Source of the DNA: Nymphaea colorata
Taxonomy: Eukaryota
Assembly: GCF_008831285.2 (NCBI RefSeq)
Contig: NC_045138.2
Location: 40,548,001-40,612,000, forward strand
Direction: 5' to 3'
DNA length: 64,000 nt
The position numbers were made by a program, and so were the translations under genes. The notes under the pieces were generated by a model. The model saw only the letters and a list, made by a program, of their open reading frames with translations, had not been told where the DNA came from and made no database searches. The stretch's first letter is position 1. Every line of letters starts with the position of its first letter. Shown in pieces: positions 12,601-25,993 of this stretch.

Positions 12601-15600
12601 AAGTTAGTCAAAAGATTGTTTCAAATCCTTTCTGCAAAGGAAGCATGTTTGATGTAGTTTCAACTGGGCTGTTTATAACTGTCCAATTCCAAAATTTGCA
12701 TGTGTTATGGATGTTAGATAAGAAAACTCTGAATCCATTTCCACACAGGTTCATACCTAGCTGGACAGAACTTTTTTTCTCTTTGGCACACACACCGATT
12801 GATGTGCACACATATCTGGGCTGAAAATTTTGTGTTTGCTATATCTGTGACATTATTTTATCTCATGTGAAACTTTACTGATGACTTTTCAAAGAGAACA
12901 AATGCAATTAGCAGTTGGAATAATTTTCTATCAAAATCAATGACAAAGTGCTTACAATTGCATGAGTTTGTTATATAATGAATAGATAAGGTTCTTAGTC
13001 CACTGATTTCTTGACACTAGTGAAAAATTGCTGGACATGCAAGACACACTTATTGAGGGAATGATTCTCTTTGTTTGTCTTGGTTACATTAGCTGTTAGT
13101 TGTCTCTCTTGTTCTAACTTCAAGCTTCACAAAACCATTGGAAATCGCAGGATGCAGGCATGGATTGGATTATTCATCTTGACACTGATGAACTTGTTCA
13201 TCCAGCTGGTGCTCGGGAATACTCACTTAAAAGTTTGTTCAAAGATGTTCCAGAAAATGTTGATATTGTCATTTTTCCAAATTATGTGAGTCCATGATCT
13301 CTATAGCTTCCATTCTGCATCTTGATTGCTTCCAGACTGAACAGTCAGTTTTTTGCTTTTCTAGGAGAGTTGTATTGAGCGAGATGACATAAAGGAACCC
13401 TTTGTTGAGGTATGAAATGTTATGGAGCTTATTCATGTATACCATGTGGTTGTGCATCGATAATTCAATAGCCTATGGTAGTGTCACGTATGCACATGAT
13501 CATATCATATAGTTGAAATTGTTGAAGCTAAATAAACTTTTTCATATGATAATGTAATAAATTTCTTCTCTTTCATGCATTTTCATGCAAGATGGAAAAG
13601 ATAAGTTACTTCTCCATGGCTTGTTGCACTATCAGCGAGTAACTTGTTGAGTTTTTTCTCGCAGTGTTCGCTGATTCTGTTTTTTCGAGAGCTTTAAAAA
13701 CGGAAGATGTGTGTCACTGCCTTTTAATTTCATCTATCCTGCCACTCACTCTGCTTGTGCGTCCATTCATATTTTGTTTCATACCCTGACTGAAGTCATC
13801 AATTGTTTTTCTTTAGGTCTCTATGTTCAAGAAGAACTATGATCATCTCACGAAGGAGATGTACTTTGGCAATTACAAGGAAGCAACTCGTGGTAACCCT
13901 AATTATTTTCTGACTTATGGAAATGGAAAGTCAGCTGCTCGTGTCCAAGATCATCTGCGTCCTAACGGTGCGCATAGGTGGCATAACTACATCAAGACAC
14001 CAAAGTAAGATTTCTTACAGCCCTTAAGCTGCATTCGGCCTCTATTTTGTTGACTACTAATATCTTGTGAATTTTCCTGGAGACTTCTTTGTGGAAATGT
14101 GGTACTTTGCTAACTTTAGAATGGAATTTCATTGCTAGTGAGGTCAAGCTGGAGGAGGCTGCAGTTCTACACTATTCTTACACCAAATTCTCAGACATTA
14201 CTTCTAGACGTGCCCGCTGTCGTTGCAAGGCCACGAAGGAGGATCTTAATAGGTGTTTCATGATCGACTTCGACAAAATTGTGAGTACCTGCCCTTATCG
14301 TCTGGGCAATTTTCTTATGGGAATTGCTTTTCTAATCCTAATTTGATCTTCAAGTCTTTTCATATGATACAAACTGATCTCTTTCCATCTTTACATTGAC
14401 AGTTCATCTAACTAAGCTGAAATTTGTGCAAACTACATTTTTTAAGTAATTTTATATGCTAGAGGCTTTTTAAGCTTCTGCCAGTTGAACGTTCCAAAGA
14501 GACCGAGTTTCTTCATATGCTTGAGAGCAGTTTATTGATTTTGCAGCTTGAATATCAAGCTGATGCCCTAAATAGTAGCTAGTAGTTATTCTCTACACAT
14601 GCACGAGAGTGTGGCGTGCCAGATTTTCATCTGATTAGTTGGAAGAACCTTCTTAGAAGCCTTCCTCTTAATCTGATGATGAAAAGTCAATCTGTTGTTG
14701 ATTAAGTTTATGTAATTAATTTCGTATTAGTTGGTTCTGATTTACCTTTTTCTTCTTTCTTGTTCTTCCTATAATCATTCCTAACTCTCTTTCAAATGCT
14801 TATTGAACTACCATCCTTTATGCACAGGCGTACATAATTGCTTCAACCGCGTCCGAAGAGGAGATGCGTCAGTGGTAACTATTCTAACCAGAGTTTTTAA
14901 TTTCCATCTTCTGTTGGCAAATATACCCACTTTGTTAGGAAGATTTTTTGCCGAAGGTCAGGCAAGTTATTTGCAAATGGGCTGTGTGGGCCTTCTGCGA
15001 TGCATATATCTTCTAGATATGGAAATTATTCTGATTGAGGCCATACGTGCTGTAAAGTGAGGCACTTGTTGAACTCTGTTGTGCACCATGGGAACTGGCT
15101 AGAAGAGAGCAAAACCCAGAAATGCTTGGTTCTATCTATCTCTTCTGTAGATTGTCTGACGGTGCAATTTTTTTTCTTTTGGGTGTGAAGGTATCGCAAG
15201 CAAGTGGTCTGGGCCGATGAAGCTTTGAAGCTGAAGCTTCTCAAAAAAGGCATTCTCACCCGAATTGATGCCCCCTCGGTAAGCTTCAAACCCATGTGGG
15301 TGTGTCCTCCAAGAATTGATTGATGTCAGATCTTGGAAAATTTTCCCGTGTTTAATAGCCGGTTGTTTTGGCAAACAACAGAGTTACCTCCCATCCCTTG
15401 ATTCTCAATATTGGTTATCGAGACGCTCGGGGTTCGACATATTCAAAATATATTAAATATATATATATATATATATTTTAATTATTCTTCAAACAAAAGT
15501 AAACTTTGGGCCATACAAGCTGATGCTTGTAGTTCAAAATGATCAGTCAGAAACTGATACAATGCGTAGTTGCGTACACCAATATTGACCGCACTGCTCA

Positions 15601-16514
15601 TTTGAAAGGGCATGGCGACCGGGTTTACTTCAGTTTTCTTTTTTCACTTAAACATCAAAACTCAAGTGGATCTCATATTTGTAGACCTTTTGATGCAGCC
15701 GAAACATGCGCTGCCTTCTTATGTGAAGTGATGAACACATTAAATACTCGTTTTCACGTTTAAATCCACCGAGTCTAGTACATTCGGCCTATTCAAAACA
15801 TGAGATGCTTCCTGATGCCCCTTCTGAAAGATGCTTCTTGAAACATCTGTGTTCTTGGCGTCCCAAGAACAGCATATTCTACAGGGAGATGGAGCATTCC
15901 ATCTCCTAACTCCTACCATGAAACGTCTGGAACAGAGCACTCGATTACCATACATCAGGTATTTTTTCCATCCATTAGGTACGTCATAGGAACGTAGAAA
16001 TTAAAAGTCATTTCAGCCTATCCCCTACATTCAAACCTCCCTTTTTACCATTAGCAAGAAAGTTTACAAGTAAATTACAAAGATTTGATTTTAGCCCCGT
16101 GCCTTGAATCTGCATATCCGTGTTTCCCGCATATTTCAATCAGACGAAAAATACATGGATGATTTGTGAATGCTGTGCAAGTATTTTTATTTATTTCACC
16201 TTATTTGGTAGGTTATAATTCAAGGCTTGAAGGATTCTGGCATTTTCAGCTCGTTTCTTGAATCTAGAAAAGATTCGGTGCCAAAGGAAAACATCTCCTC
16301 CTCCATGGAACGTCCAAAGGACACCAACATCTCACAAGTACCACATACACATACAGTGTTGAAGATGAAGCCACTTCCAGCAAGGAGGAGGAACGGGGGA
16401 AAGCATCAAGCAGTTGCTCGAAGAACCCTGGCTTCCATTGATGCTTTGGCGAAAGCAGTGCCTCCGCGCCCCTCACCTGCTGGGAGGCGGACGAGGGCCA
16501 ACTTCACATCTTAA
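9625..16514 (+). CDS. KOB1: Glycosyltransferase-like protein of the KOBITO1/ELD1/ABI8 family, 11 coding exons
   Basis: GT-AG exons 9625-9942, 11021-11170, 11308-11360, 11869-11977, 13151-13285, 13365-13409, 13817-14004, 14139-14280, 14828-14874, 15191-15278 and 16212-16514 join in frame. N-terminal TM segment ([21 protein letters not shown]); motifs [71 protein letters not shown]. Could be a paralog rather than the true ortholog. Confidence 0.9.
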
Positions 16515-18543
16515 TTGCCTCTTTCTGTTTAATGATCCTTGGTGAGTTGGTGTGATGATTGATATCACGACATAAAGGGGGAACAGGAGAGAGTGAGAAA
16601 GAGCAGTTTGGGTGTCAACTGTTCTGCTTATTGGCGCCTCTTTCCTGCCATTACGCAAACACTGTTGTAAAGTTCACGTTCCGGTGCTGTCTCACGGGTT
16701 AACGGAATACGGGACTTTTCCAACTTCTGATGAGGACTTCAATCGTCCATTTGCGAATCGATGGTTTGGTGTATAAATTACAGGCCGGAGAAGGGGAACG
16801 CTGGGTTGCTCGCAGAAGATCCGGTATCTGCTGAAGGAATGTAGATTAGTTTATTCTTTTTTTCTCTTTAATCCTTTTTTTATTCGATGCTTGGACACGA
16901 TATAATTTACATTTGCTTGTATTGATGATATTCGATAATTTGATATGACAATGTTTCTATGGATTGCCTAACATACAGAGCGTTTTCCTTTTCGGAAGAG
17001 AAATCTCATAAAAAAAACAAGCTTTTTAACTACAAAAAAGACTTCCTCCATGCATAGAAGGATCAAACCAGAGTTGGCCAGAGTTCAGCCGACCGAATTA
17101 TCTGCAAACCGCTGGCCCATGAGGATGTATTTTTATTTGATTAAGTATTTATTAATTGATTTTTTTTTAAAAAAAGGATTTGCATGATATAAGACAATGT
17201 TGGACGATACGGCAATACCGTTATAATGAAGCGCAAGCAGCCGACGACGTTACCATCCGAAAACCTTGCCTCTTAGTTTATCCTGAAACTTTATATTTCT
17301 TTCACAAACTAAGAGTCATCCATTTGGCACTCTTAAGCCGCAAGAGGTGTAACATAGCTTGATCAGCTTGGTGGCCTCATAAAAGTTTGATCATGTTGGT
17401 GCTCTTTTTTAGGTTGCAAATGGTGGATGCAAGACACTTTAGTTGATGAATGTCTTATTCTCCACTTAAGTCCAAAATCACTTCTGAATCCCGAAGCTAG
17501 AGAGAAAGGTTTTGACATTTTGGAGGTATCTTTATTTAGCGCTCTTCGGCGGCAATGCCATCAAAACTGACATGAAGTAAAGAATGACATGTCATTTATG
17601 AGTTATTTCTTAAATAGTTTAACATTTTTTACTTTAATTATTTTCTATATTTTTCATTCATTTTTTCCAAAAAAAAAACCGTCTATTTTGTACCGTACAC
17701 CTATTAACGACTAATTCAGCTGAATTTGTGGATCAGCAGCTTGGCCAATTCGATTCACGAACTGACTTTCATAAGAGTAACTGCCTTCTTAGCTAGAGAT
17801 CATTATAGTTGCACTCATCTCAAGCCTCCTACACAATACTAGTTACTTGCGTGATGTCAAAGGTGTCAAGATGAACACTTGTTTGAGACGACCCTTCTCA
17901 TTTCCTCAATGTGGTGTTGATTCAAAGTAGTAGGTGGCTGAAAAAACAAGTTTGTCTTTTATTTTTTAATTTTCAGAAAGAATAATTTTTTAGAATAAAA
18001 TTGAAATATCAAATATTTGCTGACAAATAAGCAAAAAAAAGCTTCATAGGAAGGCCTGAAGAATATAAAAAAGGTATGTTCGAACTCAGAGAGGGAGTGA
18101 TTTTAATGAGAGAGGGACCGGGGGAAAGCATCAAAGCATATGCTGCTTTTTCTTGGAAAGAAGAGAGAACATGAGTAACATCCCATGAGTAATATCCCAG
18201 ATCATCAGATACGGTGGAAGAAAGAAAAAGAGAAAAAGGGCATCAAGTATGTTCTTCAGCATATTTACCCTTGTCAGACTCATTCTTTTCTTGTCATAAT
18301 TTTCAAAATTTATGGTTTTTTTCTTTTTGAGTATCTGGCTTGACCCATATATCCGAATATACAAATTCATGATCATTTCCTGAGTATCTGGCGCAACCCA
18401 TACTGTCTAAATAAACACAAATTAGATGTGAACTTGGATGATTAGTGGAAAGTATGTTTTTTTTTTTAATACTTGGTCATATCTCAACAATTAAACTATG
18501 AACTTTTCATAACTAACTTGTAAGTGTTTTCTTATGACACTAA

Positions 18544-18620
18544 GGAGGCGTTTGGCAACAACAACCGTTCATGTTTTATGAATATGCTCCAAATATTTTC
18601 TTCTCATACCAAACAGCCCC
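18544..18620. mobile_element. Very short Tourist-like (PIF/Harbinger) MITE
   Basis: TAA on both sides; ends GGAGGCGTTTGG ... CCAAACAGCCCC form an imperfect TIR. Confidence 0.6.
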
Positions 18621-19760
18621 TAAGTAACTAAATCAAATCTTGATGACCACACAAGCGTAAGAATTGGTAGATTTTTTTTTTCTTGATGCATAGACTGAAA
18701 TTTTATAAGCTGAGAATGATTTCTTTCGTTGGATTTTAAATTATCTAGAAACTTGTACATCAAAATACATGTTTTGTTTGTTGTTAGATTTTTCAACCTA
18801 GAGGTGGCATAGGAGCAGTGAAGATAGGCAAGGCAAGTCCCGAGCCCGTTGCTGTAGGCCATTGCCTACACAGCCCACAAAAATTGCATTATTTACATAT
18901 TGGTATCTTACTCATGTTTACCTCATTCATATGGCTTCCTACACAGACCCTTCCATTTTCAATGGTGACCTGGGACCAATTATACGGGTTGCGCACCTGT
19001 CTCAAACTTATGCATCTGCCATCTTCATGAGCCACAAGTTCTTAGGAAAATTACTCATGCATGTTTTTAGAACATAGTTTCATCCTTCATGCTTTTTTTA
19101 GTTTGTCACTTATCACCACAAATTAGAGAACAAAGCATCTTCAAATCAGATTACTATCAGCTTATATTAGCAGTGGAGGTAAGTGCAGGCTGGGGTAGGC
19201 CAGTGCCCATGTCAACCAACACAACTACACAAGTCCTTGAAAAAGTTTATTACGAGGGAGTTGGGCGTAGTTCCAGTCAAATGTGGTGTCCACATCAAAC
19301 TCAAGTTAATGCCTTATAAGCACCAAGGTTAGTGTCCTTCATAAAATTTTTTAACTCCACCCTTGGCTTGTAAGTTATGATATGATGGACTTTGTGCCAC
19401 TTAAAGAAAAGATGGATGAATGTGAAAAATATGAGAACAAAAATATGGATCTGAAAAATTGCTCCATTGGGGACTGCTACGAAAAAGAATTTAAGTAGAA
19501 TTGCGCTCACTAAAGCAAGATCACGAAAGTTTGTTGATAAAGGAAGAAAAGACTCGTGAGTCGAGGCAAGGACAATGAAGATAGGGATAAAGAAGAAAAG
19601 CCAGTCGAATAAAGAGAAGTTTGTCCTGCAAGTAGCGTGCGGGCTAAGCAAGCCGGACACTGATCGGATATAAAAAGGAGAAGACCTGGAAGCAATAGCA
19701 GGAAGCTTATATTGGCAGCTCCGGCTGCCATTGCCCGTCTGGATGCAGGAGCTTCCTCCT

Positions 19761-20020
19761 TCCATGGTTACGGAAGGAAGGCATGAAAAGGAGAAGGAAG
19801 AAGGAAAAAGAAACGCGATTGTGACTCATGACATGATTGCTCGGCTGAGTTTGTTCAGTTGGTGTTGTGGTCCGGGCACCAAAGTGGGTCTCTGATCGAC
19901 GAGCTCCTCTGATGCATGGGCCTCAACACCAACTAAACAGACTTAGCTGGTCCATCATGTGATGCGTCGCGGCGTCCTCCTTCCTCCCTCCTTTCCTTTC
20001 ATCTTCAGCAGCCATGCAGG
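19761..20020 (+). repeat. Long imperfect inverted repeat (foldback)
   Basis: Core arms 19842-19873 and 19918-19949 pair over 32 nt (26 Watson-Crick, 4 G-U, 2 mismatches). Purine-rich and pyrimidine-rich outer arms extend the stem. Confidence 0.8.
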
Positions 20021-20579
20021 AATGGACCCTGAGCGATCTTCTTGGATAGAATGATACCTTTTCTTTTTCTTTTGGTCTGCTGCCATCATCTTAGAAATGT
20101 TTAGCTATCTAAAGGCAAAGGAGGGAGAGACCAGGAAGCTTTTGGCAGTGCGTATGGCGGTACCTGATCTTCCTAGATTGAAGATCTGTGCCTCCGATAG
20201 TCGTCTGATTCAAATTAATTAGTTATGTCCTTTTGATTTCCTGAACCATCTCATGTAATGTGGGGAATGATCCCCAGGAAATACATTTTCTGTAATGGAA
20301 GGCGGAATTATAAATTAGAAGTGGGTATCCACTTAGTTTGATCTTATTGTGCTTGTTCCAATTTTTCTTTGCTCCAGTTGCACTTGCTTATTCGTGTCGC
20401 TCATATATAAATCTGCAAAATATTGAGATTAAATCGACATTAAGAGGCCAAGGCATTGATGGCCTGGACCTAAAAGGAAGGTGATCAGACTCCCTCACTA
20501 TGGCAGGTCGATCGACGTGCAACTCTTATGTCTAAAAATGTTTTTCGGAACATGATTTCACTCAAAGCCCCAGGAACAG

Positions 20580-20750
20580 GAATGAAGAACTCTTGTTTGG
20601 AATTGTTTGGGCCGTCCGCAGGCAGTATGCTCTCTTAGTTTTGCAAGCAGGCTTCTAACCTTTGATAAATTACAGAGGCTTGGGATTCTTGCTAATAGAT
20701 TACATGGGCTTGGGATGCTGGCTAATAGATGCAGAGTCTTGCAAGGATGT
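20580..20750 (+). mobile_element. LINE (L1-type) ORF2 remnant, zf-RVT-like region
   Basis: Translation RLLTFDKLQRLGILANR...GMLANRC resembles the LLT.D.L..RG..LANRC motif of plant LINE zf-RVT domains. Contains a 30-bp tandem duplication. Confidence 0.55.
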
Positions 20751-23700
20751 AATGTAACTATGCGGTCAAGACCTGGAACTCATTGCAGGAGATTTAAATC
20801 CCACAGGCTGCCTTGTACGAAAGTTAAAGGGGGATGATAGAACTATTCATTTTCAATGATTAAGCTATTCATTGTAAGAAAAGATAACTGAAGACAAATT
20901 ACTTAACAAAAACACAAAAACAATTGAATGTTGTCGCCGACCCTCCCTCCCTTCTCCCCCCACTCCTTCCCCCAACACCACCCGCCCGTCGCGCCTCTCT
21001 CTCTATTAACATGGTCTTATTATGAACGGCGTGCAGTGGGAAGACTAACCAAGGGGCCCAAAGAATATGCTTTGAGAAAAAGATCCTTTTTTTCCTAGTA
21101 AATTGGGAGGACATCAGTTTTAAACTCTTACAGGCATCATACCCTTGGATTTAAGATCCGATACCAATTGAGATAATTGAGAATATCGTATTTAAGGTAA
21201 GACCTCCCTCTGATCCAACCTCAAATTTGAGGTTTTGACCATATACCCAGGGTCTCAAACTATCTTTTCTAGTGGTAAAATTCGGTAGTTGTTTACACTG
21301 TGGGTTCCACGCAAAGATATCTGATAAAAGAAACCTTAAGTCAGCCTCGTATCAGAGATCTAAGGCTATCAAACACACATTAGCGACATAATCGCTTCAA
21401 AGTACCAGGTCATCCCTTAATCCCAGCGTACGATCCTATACAATCCAATTGCACAAGGAGAGGCCACTTATGAGAACACAACATGAAAGCCTTCATTTTC
21501 TTTGCCACTTGCCTTTCACCATGACATTTCAAACACTTTGTGCCAGTCTGTCCTTGTAGAAAAAGATTTGACATATCAACACGTTTTAACGTTTCAAGAG
21601 AAATTAACCAAACATAATAGAATTGAAGAATAGTGAAGTAAATAATTGAAGAAGAGTGGAGTAAAGATTTAGGTATCATTGAGTATTGTAAATACAGCAA
21701 TATAAACGCAATCTTCCAGGTCACAACCGAGTTTTACAAAACTTGACTATAGTTCCCAGTGGACCTCGCATGCCAGGCATAGTGTCCTTTGTTCCAATTT
21801 CTTCTTCCGCATGTAAAATGACAAGTTCCAAACTTCAAGCCCCTCGCATGGTTGAGATGTTCATAGCTCCTATGTGATATTCAGATGGTAGTATTTAGAG
21901 GCCAAACTTGCATTTTGGCCGTGTGAAAAATGTGAAATTCCCTGGCGTTTTCTTTAGCATGCACACTCTAATTGCCTCTGAGAAATTCCTCTTAAAGAAT
22001 CCAAATTATTCATCATCAACTTCTTTCCAGGAGACCAGTTGCTTCACCATTGAGAACAAACGAGACCAACTTGCTTTCAAGCTTCAAAACAGATTCCAGC
22101 AACGAGGGCAGAGGGACAGAGTTTGCTGATCATTCTCTTGGGCAGCATGCATGATTAGGTGCATATTATAAAGCATTCAACGGAGTTCGGAATGTGTCAG
22201 TTCCTCAGAAAACGCACTTTGCACTTGGGGCCTTGATCTTCTCTGGTGTTTAAGAAGAAAAGCCACCTCCAATGGCTATAGCACATGGATAGTCAAGACT
22301 GGACATGGTTCCTATGGAGAAGGGCCCAGCGAACAGGAAGAACCATCCATATAGCTGAGAAAATGCAAGTATCAGAATGCATCTCGCATGCAGACTGATG
22401 AAAAATCAGATGAAGCTTTCATGACAACAGAAAGAATTAGTAGTCATCATAGCCAAGAAAATAAGTTACTTCTTACTCATCAAGTCCTTCATTGTGGAAC
22501 TGCACCACATTCTAAGTGCAACACACGCCTCAGGTCTTAAAAACCATAGACCACGAAGTGGAACCACTTAACCTCCTGGGTAGATATAGGAAAACAGGAG
22601 TAAAGACAGGAAAGATGGGATGCTTATTTGACTTGCACTTGACCATATTACTGCAGAAAGGATGGTACCTGCAGCATGCAACAAATTTATAACATGGTAA
22701 GGGAGGGCATGAGAGGAGTAATCTGAACCTTCAATCTTTGCCAAGGGTATGAAAGTACCTATCACTATATAGCGTGTCCTTTAGCTGCGATGCAAAGTTT
22801 TCAGTGCCAAGCCCGCGAGCGCAGGGCCTTGTAGATGCCAAACAAAGAAAAACACCCTAGGAAAGGAAGCGGATGGATGCTAAAGAGAATTGCGCAAAAC
22901 AATTCAGCAATTTCACTACCCTAGCAAGGTTTAGGAATCAAGGTTATTGAAAGATTCTGTGTGTGCGTGTGTGCATGGGCAAAAAACAGATTAAGATTCC
23001 CACCCAAGAAACTCTGCAACAATTGTTAAACAGTTACCACATTAAAATAATACGAATGCATAAATACAGAAATTATTTTCACGTAGGAAGTGGGTCCATT
23101 TTGAAATTACTAAAGAACGTGAAAATGCACAAAAAACTACCAAGTACCAACAAATTACTTTTAAGTGATTTTGCTTGCTGCTGCTGGAAATAAATGCATC
23201 AGAGACTGTCAGAAGTACAAACATGTAAGTGCAACCTCATGCGTACTCACGGTTATAGAACTTTGAAAAGCATTTGCATGCAATATTGTTACATCTCATA
23301 GAGCTCTTTTGATTGCAGGGAACACCATATTCAGGGAACACGGCATTCCAGTAAGTGGTAGGGCCAGCAACATGAATGATGAATGCAGAATGTGGCGCAC
23401 ACTCCACCTCCAATGGTGGAGTCACAGTCTCTGTCCGTGCATGCAAACACAAACTGGACAGTTTGTGCTGTGACAGAAATAGCAATCAAACAACCTAAGA
23501 AGGATACTCCGATGGAAAACCTGTCGATGTTTCTGTATCATATCCATAACATTAATCAGAATGTGATTTAACAAGAACTCACTGCTGAACTATGTGATAA
23601 TAATCTTTGAACAATATTCTCATGATAAACAAAGAAGTTTAGACCAAGATTCCAGAAAAGTTGCATCATCAGATGACAATTACGTATATACACATTAAGG

Positions 23701-23836
23701 ATTTCTCTATTAAAAATATGCTTCGCAACTATCATATCAAGCCATGAAGTGTCATAGGGCATGGTTTGCTACCAAAAACAAAAATGAAAAGAGCAAGAAA
23801 GGAGATGGTACCTCTTCTGCCGCAGACATGAAGCAA

Positions 23837-25993
23837 TTAGCTCCCCAACAACTTGGATTTTGGACCAAAAAACTTCAGCCCAGAATAAACAAGGTCCATG
23901 GTAATCTTTTTTAGATGTTCATTTAATAACTCGTTGTACATTATCAAATCTGCATCAGTAATTGTCTTCTTTTTCTCCATAAAAGCAAACACCTTTCTTG
24001 TTTCTTCGGCAGTTCCATGCTTGCAGAGTCCATGTATAATGGCACAATATATAATATCTCCTGTTGGAATATCCAGTTGCATCATCTCATCTAACACCTC
24101 TATCACCTTGTCTGACTTACCCGACTTACAAGCATGGAGTATAGTAAGTGTATACTTGAAAACCATCGGTCCACTGTTTACACTCCCCAAACAATCTTGA
24201 ACTAGAGATAGAGCGGCCATTATCTCGCCACTCCTACAAAGTCCTTTAACAAGAGAACAATATGAAGCAACAGTAGGCACCCAAGACATCGCCTTGATCT
24301 TATTATAATATGAACATGCATCTAATATTTCACCAGTATCAACCAAGCAATCAATTACCTTGCTATATGTCAAAGAATTTGGTTCAAAACATGAATTCTT
24401 CATTTCCTCAAAGAGAGACAATGCCATCGGTACCTTCCCAATTTTGTGAAGCCCACTTATAAGAACATTGTATATGGAAGTGCTGCAATAGTGTCTTCCT
24501 TTTAATTCGTTGAATGTTTCCAATGCTTTCAATACTCTCTCATCCTTGTTCACCATGAAAGAGAAGAAATCAAGCAATACATCATCAGCACTTAATCCCA
24601 GCGTAGATATCTGCTTGAGCAAACTGCAAATGTTATCAAACATTTCTCTGTCTGCATATGAAACAATCAATGGCCTAACTGTTATAGAGGTAGGAACAAG
24701 TCCTTCTTGAACCAGCATTTGTAAAACGTTACTTGCTTTATCCAATTCACCTTCACTGCAGATTCCATCTATCAAGGAATCATAAATGAGCAAGTCAGCT
24801 CTATATCCCATTTTGTTCATCTCCTTATATAGGCTACAAGCACAGCTTACCCTACCAACACTCACAAAAGAGGTGATCAAGCTTCCATAAACTAAACGAT
24901 CGACCAACAGCCTCTTCTGTTTCATCCGTTCAAATAAACGATAAGCTTTCTCCACATCTCCCACCTTACAAATCCCACAAATCATCGTAGTATAAGCCAT
25001 AACATCAGGCTCAACACCATCCTTGACCATCTCTTCCCAAACCCTCCATGATCCGTCCAAATTTTCTGCACGAACCAACGTCCTTATCATTGCCGTATAC
25101 GCGAAAACATCAGGCTTGCACAGATTTCTCCGCATTCGATCCAGTATCTCAAAAGCTTGATCGATTCTACCAGCTTTACAGAGGCCTTTGATGAGAATCA
25201 TGAATGTAATGCTTTCTTCTACATATCCATCATTCTTAAAATCATCATAAACACCCAACGCCAAGTCTAGATGTTGGGATTTAACAAGAGCGTCTAGAAT
25301 CCTATTATAAATGAAAACACTAGGCTTGCACCCAAATTTCTTCATTTTTTGATACACAAAATGAACTCTAAGGCCTCTACCGGCATCAGAGTGCATTCTG
25401 AGCAGAATCTCGAATTGCTTCTCAGTAGGTTCTCTGCCGTACGATTTCATGAGCTCGACGACCTGATCGGCCGCCCGATACCAGTTCGATCGATTCAAGC
25501 AATAAGTCAAGGCATTGAAAGTAGAGAAATTGTGGTGGAACCCCTTTTGCTTACCTGCCCAGCTGAAGAACTTGGAGCAAATCCGGGGGTCGTCGTACCC
25601 TTTGAGCACCTCGGCCACCACGTTCTGGTTCACCCGCCGGAGCTTGCGCAAGTCGGCTATGACCTCGGCGCCCCAATTCTTGTGCTGGCGGAAGCTGTCC
25701 ACGACGTACCGGGCGATCGGCGACAACCGGCGGCCAGAGGCGAGGAATTTCTCAGATGGGTTGTTCCAAGTCGGGGCCTGTTGGACTGAATCCGGGTCCC
25801 AGAGACGGAAATCGAAAGCGGATGGTTGAGAAGCGTTACGTCCGCCGACCTTCTTGCCTTTGGCAGTGGTGGGTGGGAGGGAGACAGTCTTCCGGTTGGT
25901 GAAGAAGCCGCCGAAGACGACGGGGCGGTTCTGAGAAGGAACCCTGTGGCCATAGAATACGTTGTACTTCTTAGGGATGGCAGAGGGCGGCAT
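23837..25993 (-). CDS. P-class pentatricopeptide repeat protein, 718 aa, single coding exon (resembles At4g20740-type proteins)
   Basis: Uninterrupted ORF with tandem 35-aa PPR motifs (e.g. TFMILIKGLCKAGRIDQAFEILDRMRRNLCKPDVF, AYTTMICGICKVGDVEKAYRLFERMK). No E/DYW tail. Confidence 0.95.
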   Translation of the reverse strand: MPPSAIPKKYNVFYGHRVPSQNRPVVFGGFFTNRKTVSLPPTTAKGKKVGGRNASQPSAFDFRLWDPDSVQQAPTWNNPSEKFLASGRRLSPIARYVVDSFRQHKNWGAEVIADLRKLRRVNQNVVAEVLKGYDDPRICSKFFSWAGKQKGFHHNFSTFNALTYCLNRSNWYRAADQVVELMKSYGREPTEKQFEILLRMHSDAGRGLRVHFVYQKMKKFGCKPSVFIYNRILDALVKSQHLDLALGVYDDFKNDGYVEESITFMILIKGLCKAGRIDQAFEILDRMRRNLCKPDVFAYTAMIRTLVRAENLDGSWRVWEEMVKDGVEPDVMAYTTMICGICKVGDVEKAYRLFERMKQKRLLVDRLVYGSLITSFVSVGRVSCACSLYKEMNKMGYRADLLIYDSLIDGICSEGELDKASNVLQMLVQEGLVPTSITVRPLIVSYADREMFDNICSLLKQISTLGLSADDVLLDFFSFMVNKDERVLKALETFNELKGRHYCSTSIYNVLISGLHKIGKVPMALSLFEEMKNSCFEPNSLTYSKVIDCLVDTGEILDACSYYNKIKAMSWVPTVASYCSLVKGLCRSGEIMAALSLVQDCLGSVNSGPMVFKYTLTILHACKSGKSDKVIEVLDEMMQLDIPTGDIIYCAIIHGLCKHGTAEETRKVFAFMEKKKTITDADLIMYNELLNEHLKKITMDLVYSGLKFFGPKSKLLGS

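Noticed and set aside
17071..17751. GAGTTGGCCA ... TGGCCAATTC possible TIR pair
   Set aside because: Only about 10 bp of inverted match and no TSD.
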